64,000 nt of DNA. Source: an uncultured Candidatus Berkelbacteria bacterium. Lineage in GTDB: Bacteria; Patescibacteriota; UBA1384; CAILIB01. The position numbers and the translations under genes were made by a program. Where the stretch lies: positions 14,084 to 78,083 of the forward strand of contig CAILIB010000020.1 of assembly GCA_903834195.1 (NCBI GenBank), written 5' to 3'. Of the stretch, positions 28,420 through 37,907 are shown piece by piece (the stretch's first letter is position 1; the number at the start of each line of letters is the position of its first letter). The notes beneath the pieces were generated by a model. The model worked only from the letters and a program-made list of their open reading frames with translations, was not told the DNA's origin and searched no databases.

Positions 28420-31400
28420 TCAGGTCGTTTTATGAACAGATGATGCATCAATTGGAGTAGTAAAACCCCCTCTAATTTTTTCCTGTGCAGCAAGTAACTT
28501 AGATATCATCTCTACTCGTGCTGCCCTAAATATTCCACCTTGATCAATATTTCCAGTAATGCCTACATTTTCACGTGCAGCATTCTGAAACTCTCTACCT
28601 GCGTCACCGATGGTACGGAATACCTGATTTTCAGTAAATTGCCGACCTGGGTAAAGATCTCCCATCAAGTACTCACCCAATGCCTGAATATTAATTTCAT
28701 TCTGATTTAGAACATCTGGAATCTGCCCTCCCCATGATCTTGCTCGAGTTACCCATGATTCTTTAATAGCATCTCTATTTAATTCAGAATCACTTATTGG
28801 TAAGAGTTCACGCTCCCCTGCAGCTGGTACCACAGGTGGATTATCAATTCTGTTTCTTAGTCCGGCGAGAAAATCTGCAAACTCGTCAAGATTAAACTCA
28901 CGAGCAACCTCTTCCACCTTACTTAAGCCATCTACTAATTCCTCACTGGAATACTCATTGAATTTGTCTGCATAAATCGTACGCGCAATACCTAGCAACA
29001 CATCATTAGTTAAATCAATTGAATCTAAACCTGTTGGAGTATTAGGAACATTACCCTCTGCAATAATTCTAGCAAAATACTCTCTATAAAATGATTCAAC
29101 ATCACTAACAGTCTTTTTATCATGAATGTCACCCATTTCAATGTAAAGTTTGCCAGCAGCATTATTAAATGCTTGTTCTAGATCTGCTTGAACCACACCA
29201 GCACCTAAAACCTCAGGTATTGCATATTGAATAGCTACTAATCGTTGATGAATGTCATCAGCTGAAAAAGTTGAAATTTGACTTCTCAGTTTTGCATTCT
29301 CTTCATCTGAGAATATTAATTCTACAATTTCATCAGACGAATCATCATCTGCAGGATCAAATGCATTCAACTCTGAGATTAAATCATCTGGTATATCATC
29401 GATCTTTTCTAATCCAATACCTTTAAGTAATTCAGATTCAGGAGTTGGAGCTACTTCTGGAACTTGTAAGACATTGCTTAAAGCATCTTCAGTATTATAT
29501 TCATCACTTGCGAGAAGAGTACCGCGGGCTGTTGTAAGCAGATTGACCAATCGATCCCTATTTCCAGTTCCTGAGGCTATATTTTCTAGTGCATTTAAAC
29601 ACTGTGAAATACGTAGAATAACATCATCCAACATGATATTACTCTCTGATCCAAGAAAGAGATCATGCCCAATCCCCCTAAATGTATGAGGCAGAACTGT
29701 TAACCCTTCAGGTATATCTGCTTGATTAACAAGCACTGTCACTATATCTTTTTCAATCTTTTCCTGACTAATCCTCTCAGTGATATCAATTCCACTATTA
29801 CTAGAATCTAATCGATCTGAGACCGCCATACAAATCGCTGTAAGATCCTCACCATACAAAGCCAGTTCAGGGTTTATGCCAGCTGTTTCAAGTTCGGCAC
29901 GTACATGGAAATATTCAGCTGCTGCATACACAAGACTAGTAGCATTATCCAGGTTAGAAATAGCATTACGAAAACGCTGTAATTTTGCATCAATTTCTAG
30001 GTCAGCCTCACTGTGTGGCTCTGGACGATTATTTAACTCAGACTGCATCAAGCCCATCCACGGATTTGCAACAATCTTTAACTCACGCTTAGCATGCTCA
30101 ACAAATGCACCTTCATCAGCAATATTATTCAGAGCTAAATAGTAAGGATTATCTTGAACTTTAACCCCAGAATCGGTAGAAATTGGATGCGCATCCGGAT
30201 TCACTAAGCGATCATACTGATACTTATTATCTTCAAGCATCTTAGCATGAATACTTTTGAGCTTTTCAGCAATTTGCAGATAAAACTCATGCTCAGCTCT
30301 GGTCTTATTATTAAACTGATCTGGTCGAGTCTTATCGTTATCAGTACTAAACCGTGGGTCCTTTTCTCCATTCCGCGAATCATTTTCATCATCAATATCA
30401 GCCATATTCTTGCGAGCTGCGATACCATTAACAATATCAATAAGCAACTGCAAGCGGTTAGCGTACTCTGTTTTTGCAATTATACTTGTACGATCAGCAA
30501 AACCTTTTGCACGTTCCTGCGGAGTTTGAAGGTAGTTAAACAATCCAGCATCTGAATCTAAGCCAGCCAAAATATCTTCAATAGGTTTCATCCAACCTAA
30601 CTGATGATCGCCACGTACATTCGCTGCCTGGTCTTCACTAAGATTGGCAGGTGCATCATTCGGCGTCACATTTACATGATCTAATACCTGCTCATAGAGA
30701 TTGGAACGTAGAACACTTTCGAGGTCACGATTTTCAGCTTCGATAATCGTTAGCACGTTAACAGCTGCACGAACTTGTTCCTTAGTATATTCCCGAATTT
30801 CTTCAGGATTTAACTTCTTCTTTTCCTTGTCTTTGTCCTTATCCTTGTCTTTATCTTTGTCTTTATCTTTGTCTTTTGAATCTTCACCAACTACTTTAAA
30901 TGCACTTCCAACACGATCCTCACCTCGAGCTAATTCAACTAAGTCTCGGGTCATTTCTTGCCAACGAGGGTGGAACTTGCGACCATTTTCACCAATGATT
31001 TCTTCTGGAACAAACTCAACCATTCCAAGTTTGTCGCCAAGTTCTGTGCGAAGGCCATCAATATATTCTTTATTCTCCAGATCCTTACGTGAAACAACAA
31101 TAACTGCACGAAATTCGCCTTCTGCATTCTCTAGAAGCTTCTTCAAATTTTCAATCTGATCTTTATCAGCAAAGTAAATTGTTCCGCCTTTATCAGCATC
31201 ATTCCATTGAGTATCAGTAATCGCACGAAGTTTATCGAAGAGACCCTCATGACCGTTACGTTTGAGAAACTCACGATGACCCTTTACCTTATTCTGAAGT
31301 TCTTTGAGTTTTTCTCTCCCTGAAAGCTCAGTGGTAATGTCCATCTCATCAATCTTCTTGGCATTCAAACGCCTTTGTTCAGCCTCATCAATCATCTTCT

Positions 31401-33576
31401 GCTTATTGCGGTAAGCTTCCGAATTTGGATCTTCAGGAGAACCAGGACGAACTGTTGAACGACCAGTAAGTGGTTGATAGAGTCGCTCTAAATTAGAAAT
31501 ACCACGTGCAGATCCATACTTCTGAGTAAGTCTGTTACTAGCTGAGTTAACCATCGAAAACCCAGCATCCAACCCCGCAGCCGCAGTGACCCAACCTAAA
31601 TCAGGACCAAAAGTATTCATCAAAATCTGCCACTGTGGATTTGAATGAATTGCAGCATGCATTAATGGATTTGTCCCATTAGCAATACCAGCAAGCTGAC
31701 TCAACTGAATAGGAGATGTCACACCAGATGGATCCATCAGATGCCAGTTCGCATTGAGGAAGTTCTGCGTAACGTGAGGCATGTTGTGTGCCAACGCAGT
31801 AGTATCTGTATTATTCAATACAACATGCCAAGCATTATCTGCTGGATTAAATACTACGTGATGACCAATACCAGCAGCATGTGTTAGATGCGATACAGGA
31901 TCAGTAATATTAGCTGAATACGGTGTAAGGTGAGTTGTATGTGTTAATGGATTGTACACATCAGTTGCATGCCCAAAGTTCACATTACTTCCAACCATAT
32001 CTACACCATGTGACTTCGCAGCAGCAAGTGAGTTTAGTGCATCTAGTCCTGAACCAATACCACCTCCAAGCACTTGTCCTAAGAAGCGACTCCACGCAAC
32101 TTTCTTGTCTGTCTTACGGAGCTGTTCTTCGAACGTTTCCACAGCATCAGCACCCTCACCGCCACCGCCTTTTTGAGCACCTCGTGCACGAGACTCAGCT
32201 GTTTCCTTAAGAGAAGTAACGATCATGTTAAACTGTCGGGTCAGATCTTCCTCACTCATCTCTGAGTTTTCCAACGCAGAAGCTGCTGCCGACTGGTTTT
32301 TGAAAAGTGTTTCAAGAATATTGTCAAATGCAGCGTCACCAAGACTTTTTCCATTCTCTTTCTTACCGTGCAAAGCTTTGTCTTGCATGGAGCGCGCAAT
32401 CCAGCTTGCGATACCAGAGCCGATAATGCCTCCTGCGATTGCAGGAATAGCTACACCACCAGTAACCAAACACATGATTCCTGCTGCTGCAACACTTGAT
32501 ACACCTGTTCTCGCTACATCACCAAGCACTTTCCCCATGAGACGTGGAAATCTGTTGGTTAACTTGGTTTTCATGTTTTCGACAAAACCAGCCTTCTTAT
32601 TCGCTACTGGCTTTTCTGTACCATCAATTTTAATGAGAACTTCACCACCTTCTTCCTTAGCGAAGGTGCCGTCCTGATTCTTATCATGGATGCCGTAGTG
32701 TTTGAGTGCATCTTGCCAACCACTAAAGTTGAGCGACTTTAAGTACACCTCAGTCATAGCCGAGCTACGCCCGTTATGTGCCAAGTTACCAAGCACAACC
32801 TTCATTTGGTCAGGAGAGAGATTTTCCCCTGCTTGTGCACGAGCTACGTAGTTCTGCGCCAGTGCATTCTCGTATGCGAGGAACTTACCTTCACGCTTAT
32901 CACGCTCCCGCTGCTCTAAGTCACTAGCAGCCTTATCGCCGTTCAACTTTTGGTCGGCCAACTCTTTACCCACTGAGTTGCGAATATCGTTGTACTCTCT
33001 CTCAAGTTGATCAACACTCATGGTACGTATACCATCCTGAGCAGCTTCGTACGCGCCTTGGTCAAACTTTGGTTGAGGTGGAACTTTTGGCTTTGGCTTC
33101 TCTACTGGCTTAGGTGCTTCAACAGGCTTTTCCTCTTCCTTACCTTTGCCAGATTCTTTATTGCTATCACCCTCAATAAAAGCCACTGTAGTAGTCGTTG
33201 TAACCACATCTCCGTTAGGTAACACTTTTTTAGAGACAGTTGTCCCTGTTGGAGTAACTACTGGTGACGTAGGAGTAGCTGTTGTCTGAACAGGTTCAAC
33301 TGTAGCAGTAGGAGCAACAGGGGTTCGTTTCTTCACCTTTATCGGCGTAGCTTTAGCTGGTGGTGTGACAGTAGGGGTAGTGGCAGTTCCCACTACTGGT
33401 TCATTTGTTTCAGCCCCCACTACAGGAGGAGTCTCATCCTTTTTCACTGCAGGGGTCGATTCACCAACTTCGGCAGTACCTGTTGATGCAGGTGTTGCTT
33501 CGCTATCATTTTTTACTGTAGCATCACTATTTTCAGCAGCTGATACTCCACCACCACCGACTAACTCTTGTAACAT
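28420..33576 (-). CDS. Giant (1718-aa) protein of unknown function with glycine-zipper TM segments, His-rich block and (KD)n tract
   Basis: A single uninterrupted ORF with a T/P-rich N-terminal region and Gly-zipper hydrophobic segments (VSSVAAAGIMCLVTGGVAIPAIAGGIIGSGIASWIA and VLGGGIGSGLDAL). A His-rich segment (HLTHAAGIGHHVVFNP...) and KDKDKDKDKDKDKDKEKKK are present. The reading frame is tightly coupled to the flanking genes. Confidence 0.5.
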   Translation of the reverse strand: MLQELVGGGGVSAAENSDATVKNDSEATPASTGTAEVGESTPAVKKDETPPVVGAETNEPVVGTATTPTVTPPAKATPIKVKKRTPVAPTATVEPVQTTATPTSPVVTPTGTTVSKKVLPNGDVVTTTTTVAFIEGDSNKESGKGKEEEKPVEAPKPVEKPKPKVPPQPKFDQGAYEAAQDGIRTMSVDQLEREYNDIRNSVGKELADQKLNGDKAASDLEQRERDKREGKFLAYENALAQNYVARAQAGENLSPDQMKVVLGNLAHNGRSSAMTEVYLKSLNFSGWQDALKHYGIHDKNQDGTFAKEEGGEVLIKIDGTEKPVANKKAGFVENMKTKLTNRFPRLMGKVLGDVARTGVSSVAAAGIMCLVTGGVAIPAIAGGIIGSGIASWIARSMQDKALHGKKENGKSLGDAAFDNILETLFKNQSAAASALENSEMSEEDLTRQFNMIVTSLKETAESRARGAQKGGGGEGADAVETFEEQLRKTDKKVAWSRFLGQVLGGGIGSGLDALNSLAAAKSHGVDMVGSNVNFGHATDVYNPLTHTTHLTPYSANITDPVSHLTHAAGIGHHVVFNPADNAWHVVLNNTDTTALAHNMPHVTQNFLNANWHLMDPSGVTSPIQLSQLAGIANGTNPLMHAAIHSNPQWQILMNTFGPDLGWVTAAAGLDAGFSMVNSASNRLTQKYGSARGISNLERLYQPLTGRSTVRPGSPEDPNSEAYRNKQKMIDEAEQRRLNAKKIDEMDITTELSGREKLKELQNKVKGHREFLKRNGHEGLFDKLRAITDTQWNDADKGGTIYFADKDQIENLKKLLENAEGEFRAVIVVSRKDLENKEYIDGLRTELGDKLGMVEFVPEEIIGENGRKFHPRWQEMTRDLVELARGEDRVGSAFKVVGEDSKDKDKDKDKDKDKDKDKEKKKLNPEEIREYTKEQVRAAVNVLTIIEAENRDLESVLRSNLYEQVLDHVNVTPNDAPANLSEDQAANVRGDHQLGWMKPIEDILAGLDSDAGLFNYLQTPQERAKGFADRTSIIAKTEYANRLQLLIDIVNGIAARKNMADIDDENDSRNGEKDPRFSTDNDKTRPDQFNNKTRAEHEFYLQIAEKLKSIHAKMLEDNKYQYDRLVNPDAHPISTDSGVKVQDNPYYLALNNIADEGAFVEHAKRELKIVANPWMGLMQSELNNRPEPHSEADLEIDAKLQRFRNAISNLDNATSLVYAAAEYFHVRAELETAGINPELALYGEDLTAICMAVSDRLDSSNSGIDITERISQEKIEKDIVTVLVNQADIPEGLTVLPHTFRGIGHDLFLGSESNIMLDDVILRISQCLNALENIASGTGNRDRLVNLLTTARGTLLASDEYNTEDALSNVLQVPEVAPTPESELLKGIGLEKIDDIPDDLISELNAFDPADDDSSDEIVELIFSDEENAKLRSQISTFSADDIHQRLVAIQYAIPEVLGAGVVQADLEQAFNNAAGKLYIEMGDIHDKKTVSDVESFYREYFARIIAEGNVPNTPTGLDSIDLTNDVLLGIARTIYADKFNEYSSEELVDGLSKVEEVAREFNLDEFADFLAGLRNRIDNPPVVPAAGERELLPISDSELNRDAIKESWVTRARSWGGQIPDVLNQNEINIQALGEYLMGDLYPGRQFTENQVFRTIGDAGREFQNAARENVGITGNIDQGGIFRAARVEMISKLLAAQEKIRGGFTTPIDASSVHKTT
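30825..30878. repeat. Hexanucleotide microsatellite (YTTRTC)n ~9 units encoding the (KD)n tract of the giant protein
   Basis: The tandem units ctttgt ccttat ccttgt ctttat ctttgt ctttat ctttgt ctttt are visible on the plus strand. Confidence 0.8.
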
Positions 33577-33588
33577 GGTAGTAAAAGA

Positions 33589-33951
33589 TTAAACAGCAAC
33601 AGGCTGTGCAGGGCTAGTAGCAACTTGGAATGTAACCGCCAATTCAAGACGATACTGAATCGCCTCTTCAAGCATTCGAGCAACAATATCGATACCGCGT
33701 GCCTCAAAAAACTTCATAAGTTCATCGCCTTCAAGAAGATCCATTTGTTCACGATCTTCAGGAGAAAGATCTTCTACAATCGAGAGCAAGAGACGTGCCT
33801 GAATTGTATCGTTCATTGCATCTAAATATTCCTCTTTTTCAGAGTCGCTCATACTTCCCAAACCGAGAAGGTTAAAGATGTCTTCGTTTAGAATGTCGTC
33901 GATAGTGATTGGCTTTGCCATAGGAGAATGTGCACTTGTTTCTTCTATCAT
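33589..33951 (-). CDS. Small acidic hypothetical protein (first gene of the ATPase/giant-protein operon)
   Basis: A 120-aa D/E-rich protein that ends 12 nt upstream of the giant ORF. No recognisable motif was found. Confidence 0.4.
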   Translation of the reverse strand: MIEETSAHSPMAKPITIDDILNEDIFNLLGLGSMSDSEKEEYLDAMNDTIQARLLLSIVEDLSPEDREQMDLLEGDELMKFFEARGIDIVARMLEEAIQYRLELAVTFQVATSPAQPVAV

Positions 33952-33984
33952 ACATCACCTTTATTGTTTGCAACAATAGACTAT

Positions 33985-34021
33985 ATAAACAAAATCCCCC
34001 AGAGCCGATGGCCCAAGGGGG
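33985..34021 (-). terminator. Terminator hairpin (CCCCCTTGGGCCATCGGCTCTGGGGG + ATTTTGTTT on minus strand) after the Pro-rich gene
   Basis: On the minus strand, a G/C stem is followed by a T-rich run. It separates the 34042-34629 gene from the downstream operon. Confidence 0.5.
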
Positions 34022-34041
34022 AAATGATTCATTACCCGGAA

Positions 34042-34629
34042 TCACGGGTGTCGACGAGATGCGCGACGTAAGCGGGCACGGGCTTGGGAAAGCCTGTGCT
34101 TACCGTACGCCAGTGTCCCGGCGATCACTGCCACAGAAAGCAGTATTGCTGCGATAGTTACAACCCATGACGCTACCCATTGTGGTGAGTTTTGGTCAGA
34201 GTTGTCTGGCATGTATAAGCCAGAATGTTCCAGTGGCGGAATCGCCGAAGTTGTTGCAGGCGCAACAGGTGTCGACGGCAGTGGAGTTTTTTTCGTCGGC
34301 GGTACTTGGTGCCCACTTGAATGAGCATGTTTCGTGCCGCGGACCCTCCCACCAGTTCTCGGCGGTGACGATGGTACAGGAGGATCTTCCTCCTGGTTCA
34401 CCCTGATCGTAATATGCTGACCCTCAGGATCAGCATCACGAAACCGCACGACGTCACCCCCATACATAGGGAGCCTAGCTTTCTCAGCTGGAGGTAGTGC
34501 TGGTGCTCGTGGAGTATGAACCACCTTTGGTGGAGCCGCTGGTGGCTCCGGGTCGAGGGTCATTCCTTGCTGCGCAAAGGCAGCAGCGGAAATAACCAGA
34601 GTACCGAGGCATGCGACCAGAAATTTCAT
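34042..34629 (-). CDS. Secreted Pro-rich protein with signal peptide and C-terminal TM anchor; GC-rich gene
   Basis: The N-terminal signal MKFLVACLGTLVISAAAFAQQ and a P/A-rich body are followed by a C-terminal hydrophobic helix plus an RR-rich tail. GC content is visibly higher than in flanking DNA. Confidence 0.45.
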   Translation of the reverse strand: MKFLVACLGTLVISAAAFAQQGMTLDPEPPAAPPKVVHTPRAPALPPAEKARLPMYGGDVVRFRDADPEGQHITIRVNQEEDPPVPSSPPRTGGRVRGTKHAHSSGHQVPPTKKTPLPSTPVAPATTSAIPPLEHSGLYMPDNSDQNSPQWVASWVVTIAAILLSVAVIAGTLAYGKHRLSQARARLRRASRRHP

Positions 34630-34737
34630 CCGTCTCCCTCTTTGCGCTCAGGCAAAGAATACGCGAATCACCTGTTTCCAGATGAGACGATGTGTTAGGG
34701 TACCACAAAACCTGCGTTTTGTCAATCCGCTAACAGA

Positions 34738-35943
34738 TTAATACGTAAAAACTGCGCGTAATTCTTTAATTTTTCCAAGTATAATTGCAGCACGCATGTG
34801 TTCAGTAATCCTGTGTAACACAGCAATATTATGAAGCGTAAGAATCCTATACCCGAGCATTTCATGCTCTTTCAGGTAATGGCACAAGGTTGAACGAGAA
34901 AAACCCTGCAAATCTGTTGGTAATACCCCTGGACAGCTAAGAAGCGGGCGAACATCATCTTTTAACCGAGCATTGTTCATATTCCAGCTCTCAACCTTCA
35001 AATGCTCTGTAAGCAATGTTTCAGTGTCCCCTGTCCAAAAAGCTTCTTCAGCTTTTTCTGTTCCTGTAAGCATCCAAACAGCCCCATGACGAGCTAAGCG
35101 AGATGGGGCAACGCAATCATACATATCCACACCACGCATTGTGGCCTCGATTATATCGAGAGGCTCACCAAGCCCCATAAAATAACGCGGCTTGTTTTCT
35201 GGCAATAACGAGGTAATTGAAGAGGTTGCCACCCACATATCAGGTTTACTTTCACCAATCGCCAAACCGCCGATGGCATTTCCTGGCAAGTCGTGCGCAG
35301 AAATATAGGCAGCAGATTCTCGATGTAATTCAGTATGAATACCACCCTGTACAATGCCGAAAAGCGCTTGCTTGGTAATAACCCCTGCTTTCCACTGGTT
35401 CACCGAACGATCTAACCATCGATGCGTACGCTGCATGGCGTCTTGAGCAGCATGTGTATCGGACATTCCATACACCGGCTGATCAAAGGCCATCATAATA
35501 TCAGCACCAAGTTTTTGCTGAACTTGAATCGAGTGCTCTGGGCTAAACAAGTGTTTTGAACCATCTAAATGCGAGAAAAAAGTAATTCCTTCTTCAGAAA
35601 CTTTACGCATCGCTTTTTTCTCACGGCCGTTAATTGCTTTTTCACCAAGTGAGAATACTTGAAACCCACCACTGTCGGTCAAAATGGGTGCGTTATACTG
35701 CATAAACCCATGTAAACCACCGGTTTGTGCAACTAAATCCTCCCCTGGCCGCAGGTACATGTGGTAGGTATTGGCCAGAATCGTCTGAGAACCCACAGTT
35801 TGCAATTCTACCGGCGAGACACCTTTAACCGCCCCATGTGTGCCTACAGGCATAAACATGGGGGTAGTAACAGTGCCGTGCGGAGTTGTAAACTCTGCTA
35901 CACGGGCCAATCCGTCTTGCGCGGCAATCTTAAATTCAAACAT
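34738..35943 (-). CDS. tgt: Queuine tRNA-ribosyltransferase (tRNA-guanine transglycosylase)
   Basis: The N-terminus FEFKIAAQDGLARVAEFTTPHGTVTTPMFMPVGT, the blocks ANTYH and DCVAPSR, and GLGEP-like motifs are present. Confidence 0.85.
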   Translation of the reverse strand: MFEFKIAAQDGLARVAEFTTPHGTVTTPMFMPVGTHGAVKGVSPVELQTVGSQTILANTYHMYLRPGEDLVAQTGGLHGFMQYNAPILTDSGGFQVFSLGEKAINGREKKAMRKVSEEGITFFSHLDGSKHLFSPEHSIQVQQKLGADIMMAFDQPVYGMSDTHAAQDAMQRTHRWLDRSVNQWKAGVITKQALFGIVQGGIHTELHRESAAYISAHDLPGNAIGGLAIGESKPDMWVATSSITSLLPENKPRYFMGLGEPLDIIEATMRGVDMYDCVAPSRLARHGAVWMLTGTEKAEEAFWTGDTETLLTEHLKVESWNMNNARLKDDVRPLLSCPGVLPTDLQGFSRSTLCHYLKEHEMLGYRILTLHNIAVLHRITEHMRAAIILGKIKELRAVFTY

Positions 35944-36593
35944 TAAATTTCTACCCGTTCACCAACATCTAAAATACGTACATCAACTTTCCCTTTGAGT
36001 TGGTCAGCAACCTCATGTGCAGGCTCACCATCTGGCCACATATGGTAGTGCACTGGAATGGTAACCCCACTCCATCCAAGCCGTTCTACGTATGCTACAG
36101 CTTCTTCAGGACCAAAGGTATACCCTTTGCCACCCACTGGAATCATCAGGACGTCATACGATTCTTGTGGGGTATTCTCTAATGGTACAAACATATCTCC
36201 CAAATACCAAAGCGACTTTCTGCCAACTGAAATGATAAATCCAGCGTTTTCGACCGGAAATGTGACATTCGGGCCGTGATCTGACTCTGTAAATGTAATC
36301 GTAAATGGTGTTCCTTCAATTTTTACGGTCTGACCAATTGCAGAAACACTTACTTTTAATTGTGTCTCAGTTAGGAGTTCAGCAACTTGAGCGACTGTAT
36401 ACACAGGTGCAGCCATAGCATTTAACCTATCTATAACAAAGTGATCTGGATGAATATGTGAAACAAGCACAGCACTCACTATTCCCATGAGCGCAAAACT
36501 TTGGTCAGATACTCGGTTTCCAATATCAACAGCTAGTCGATAGCCATTACTCTCAACAACAAATGATGAGTGTTCTAGTTTTGTGATAACCAT
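35943..36593 (-). CDS. MBL-fold metallo-hydrolase
   Basis: The metal-binding motif is HIHPDHF (HxHxDH), with downstream conserved His residues. Confidence 0.7.
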   Translation of the reverse strand: MVITKLEHSSFVVESNGYRLAVDIGNRVSDQSFALMGIVSAVLVSHIHPDHFVIDRLNAMAAPVYTVAQVAELLTETQLKVSVSAIGQTVKIEGTPFTITFTESDHGPNVTFPVENAGFIISVGRKSLWYLGDMFVPLENTPQESYDVLMIPVGGKGYTFGPEEAVAYVERLGWSGVTIPVHYHMWPDGEPAHEVADQLKGKVDVRILDVGERVEI

Positions 36594-36635
36594 AGATCTC
36601 CTTTCCTGTGCACGGTAACAAATTCTAAGATAAAG

Positions 36636-36660
36636 AAAAAGCCCCGGTTACCCGGGACCT
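36636..36660 (-). terminator. Rho-independent terminator after rplL
   Basis: The minus strand reads CCCGG-GTAA-CCGGG followed by GCTTTTTCTTT. Confidence 0.55.
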
Positions 36661-36679
36661 TCTCTAATTCAGTAGAAAA

Positions 36680-37060
36680 CTACTTAACTTCAACTGAAGC
36701 ACCAGCAGCTTTGAGCTTTTCAACAGCAGCGTCAGCTTCTTCCTTCTTCACGTTGGAGATAACTTCCTTAGGAGCGCCATCTACAAGGTCCTTAGCTTCC
36801 TTAAGACCTAGGTCTGAACGGATTTCACGAACTGCTTTGATAGCGTTGATCTTGCTAGCACCACCGTCGGTTAGGACAACAGTGAAAGAAGTCTTTTCTT
36901 CAGCAGGAGCAGCATCAGCAGCAGCTGCAGGCATAGCACCCATCATCATAGGAGCAGCAGCAGAAACACCGAACTTCTCTTCGAGTTCTTTTACGAGCTC
37001 TGAAAGCTCAAGTACGTTTAGTTTTTCGATCTGTTCGATCAGTTTTGAAAAATCAGCCAT
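36680..37060 (-). CDS. rplL: 50S ribosomal protein L7/L12
   Basis: [32 protein letters not shown], an Ala-rich hinge, and the C-terminal domain [12 protein letters not shown]...[12 protein letters not shown] are present. Confidence 0.9.
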   Translation of the reverse strand: MADFSKLIEQIEKLNVLELSELVKELEEKFGVSAAAPMMMGAMPAAAADAAPAEEKTSFTVVLTDGGASKINAIKAVREIRSDLGLKEAKDLVDGAPKEVISNVKKEEADAAVEKLKAAGASVEVK

Positions 37061-37089
37061 TGTGGATAATTTATATGTTGTAAATAAGA

Positions 37090-37614
37090 TTAAGCGGCCT
37101 TCGAGTCACGAACGGCAGAAAGCACGTTAACGAGACCACGAATGTTGCCAGCAAGTACGTTGACGAAGCCTGAGAGAGGAGCTTGAAGGGTTCCAACCAG
37201 CTGACCAAGAAGCTGTTCGCGACTTGGAAGCTTAGCAAGAGCTTCAACCTGAGCTGCGGTAACGAAATTACCGTCAACAATTCCACCGAGGACTTTTAGG
37301 TTTTCAATATCCTTTGTGAACGGCATAAGCAGACGAGCTGCAGCAACCGGATCAGCATAGGAGTAGATCAGCGCAAGTGGTTGATCAAGGAGTTCAGCAG
37401 GAACGTCAGTCTTTGTTTCTTCAAGGGCGCGCTTCAGGAGGCTATTTTTAGCAACCTGGAACTGGAGCCCGTGTTCGTAAAGACCATCGCGGATCTGCTC
37501 AATCTCATCAACTTTCACTGCCTGTGTACCAACCAGAACGACACCTTGTGAGCGTCCTAAACGATCGGTAAGTTTGGAAAGAATTTCTTCCTTCTGCACC
37601 CGCGTTTTTGGCAT
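37090..37614 (-). CDS. rplJ: 50S ribosomal protein L10
   Basis: [19 protein letters not shown]...[11 protein letters not shown] is present. The start is set at ATG 37614 because the ORF-track start at 37752 adds a non-homologous extension over the leader. Confidence 0.85.
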   Translation of the reverse strand: MPKTRVQKEEILSKLTDRLGRSQGVVLVGTQAVKVDEIEQIRDGLYEHGLQFQVAKNSLLKRALEETKTDVPAELLDQPLALIYSYADPVAAARLLMPFTKDIENLKVLGGIVDGNFVTAAQVEALAKLPSREQLLGQLVGTLQAPLSGFVNVLAGNIRGLVNVLSAVRDSKAA

Positions 37615-37623
37615 AGTGTTATG

Positions 37624-37692
37624 TTTGATACCCTCTTTGAGAACTGACTCACGACATGAGTAAGGGTTGAGGTTCCCAAAGAGGGTATCAAA
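37624..37692 (-). promoter_or_regulatory. Structured rplJ 5' leader: 16-bp perfect inverted repeat (TTTGATACCCTCTTTG / CAAAGAGGGTATCAAA) around a 37-nt loop
   Basis: The perfect inverted repeat spans 37624-37639 and 37677-37692. Its position immediately 5' of rplJ is consistent with an L10(L12)4 autoregulatory leader. The loop contains the CCTCAACCCTTAC motif also found in the rplA leader. Confidence 0.45.
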
Positions 37693-37907
37693 TTTCCGAG
37701 TTAATAAGGTAATAAAATAAAAAATTCGCTCAGAGACAGAGCGAAACATCACACAACTCGCGTTGATATGCGCCTCGGCAGGACTTCTTCCGTTAGGATG
37801 CCTACTGTCTCTGGTACAAAGATACTTTACCTGATTTCCAGGTTGAGGTCAATACTTGGGTAAAAAAATATGTTTGACCGGGGGTGCCGGCCAAACATGA
37901 AGCGGAT

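Noticed and set aside
30780-30900. CRISPR-like or other non-coding tandem repeat
   Set aside because: The repeat is an in-frame hexanucleotide microsatellite inside a long ORF, encoding (KD)n. No spacer-repeat architecture appears anywhere in the window.
36711-37130. 139-aa plus-strand ORF antisense to rplL
   Set aside because: It is the antisense of an Ala/Glu-rich gene, which gives an open S/A-rich frame. This is spurious.
37615-37752. ORF-track N-terminal extension of rplJ (start 37752)
   Set aside because: The extension is not homologous to L10 and would translate through the conserved leader hairpin. The ATG at 37614 gives the canonical MPKTRVQK N-terminus.
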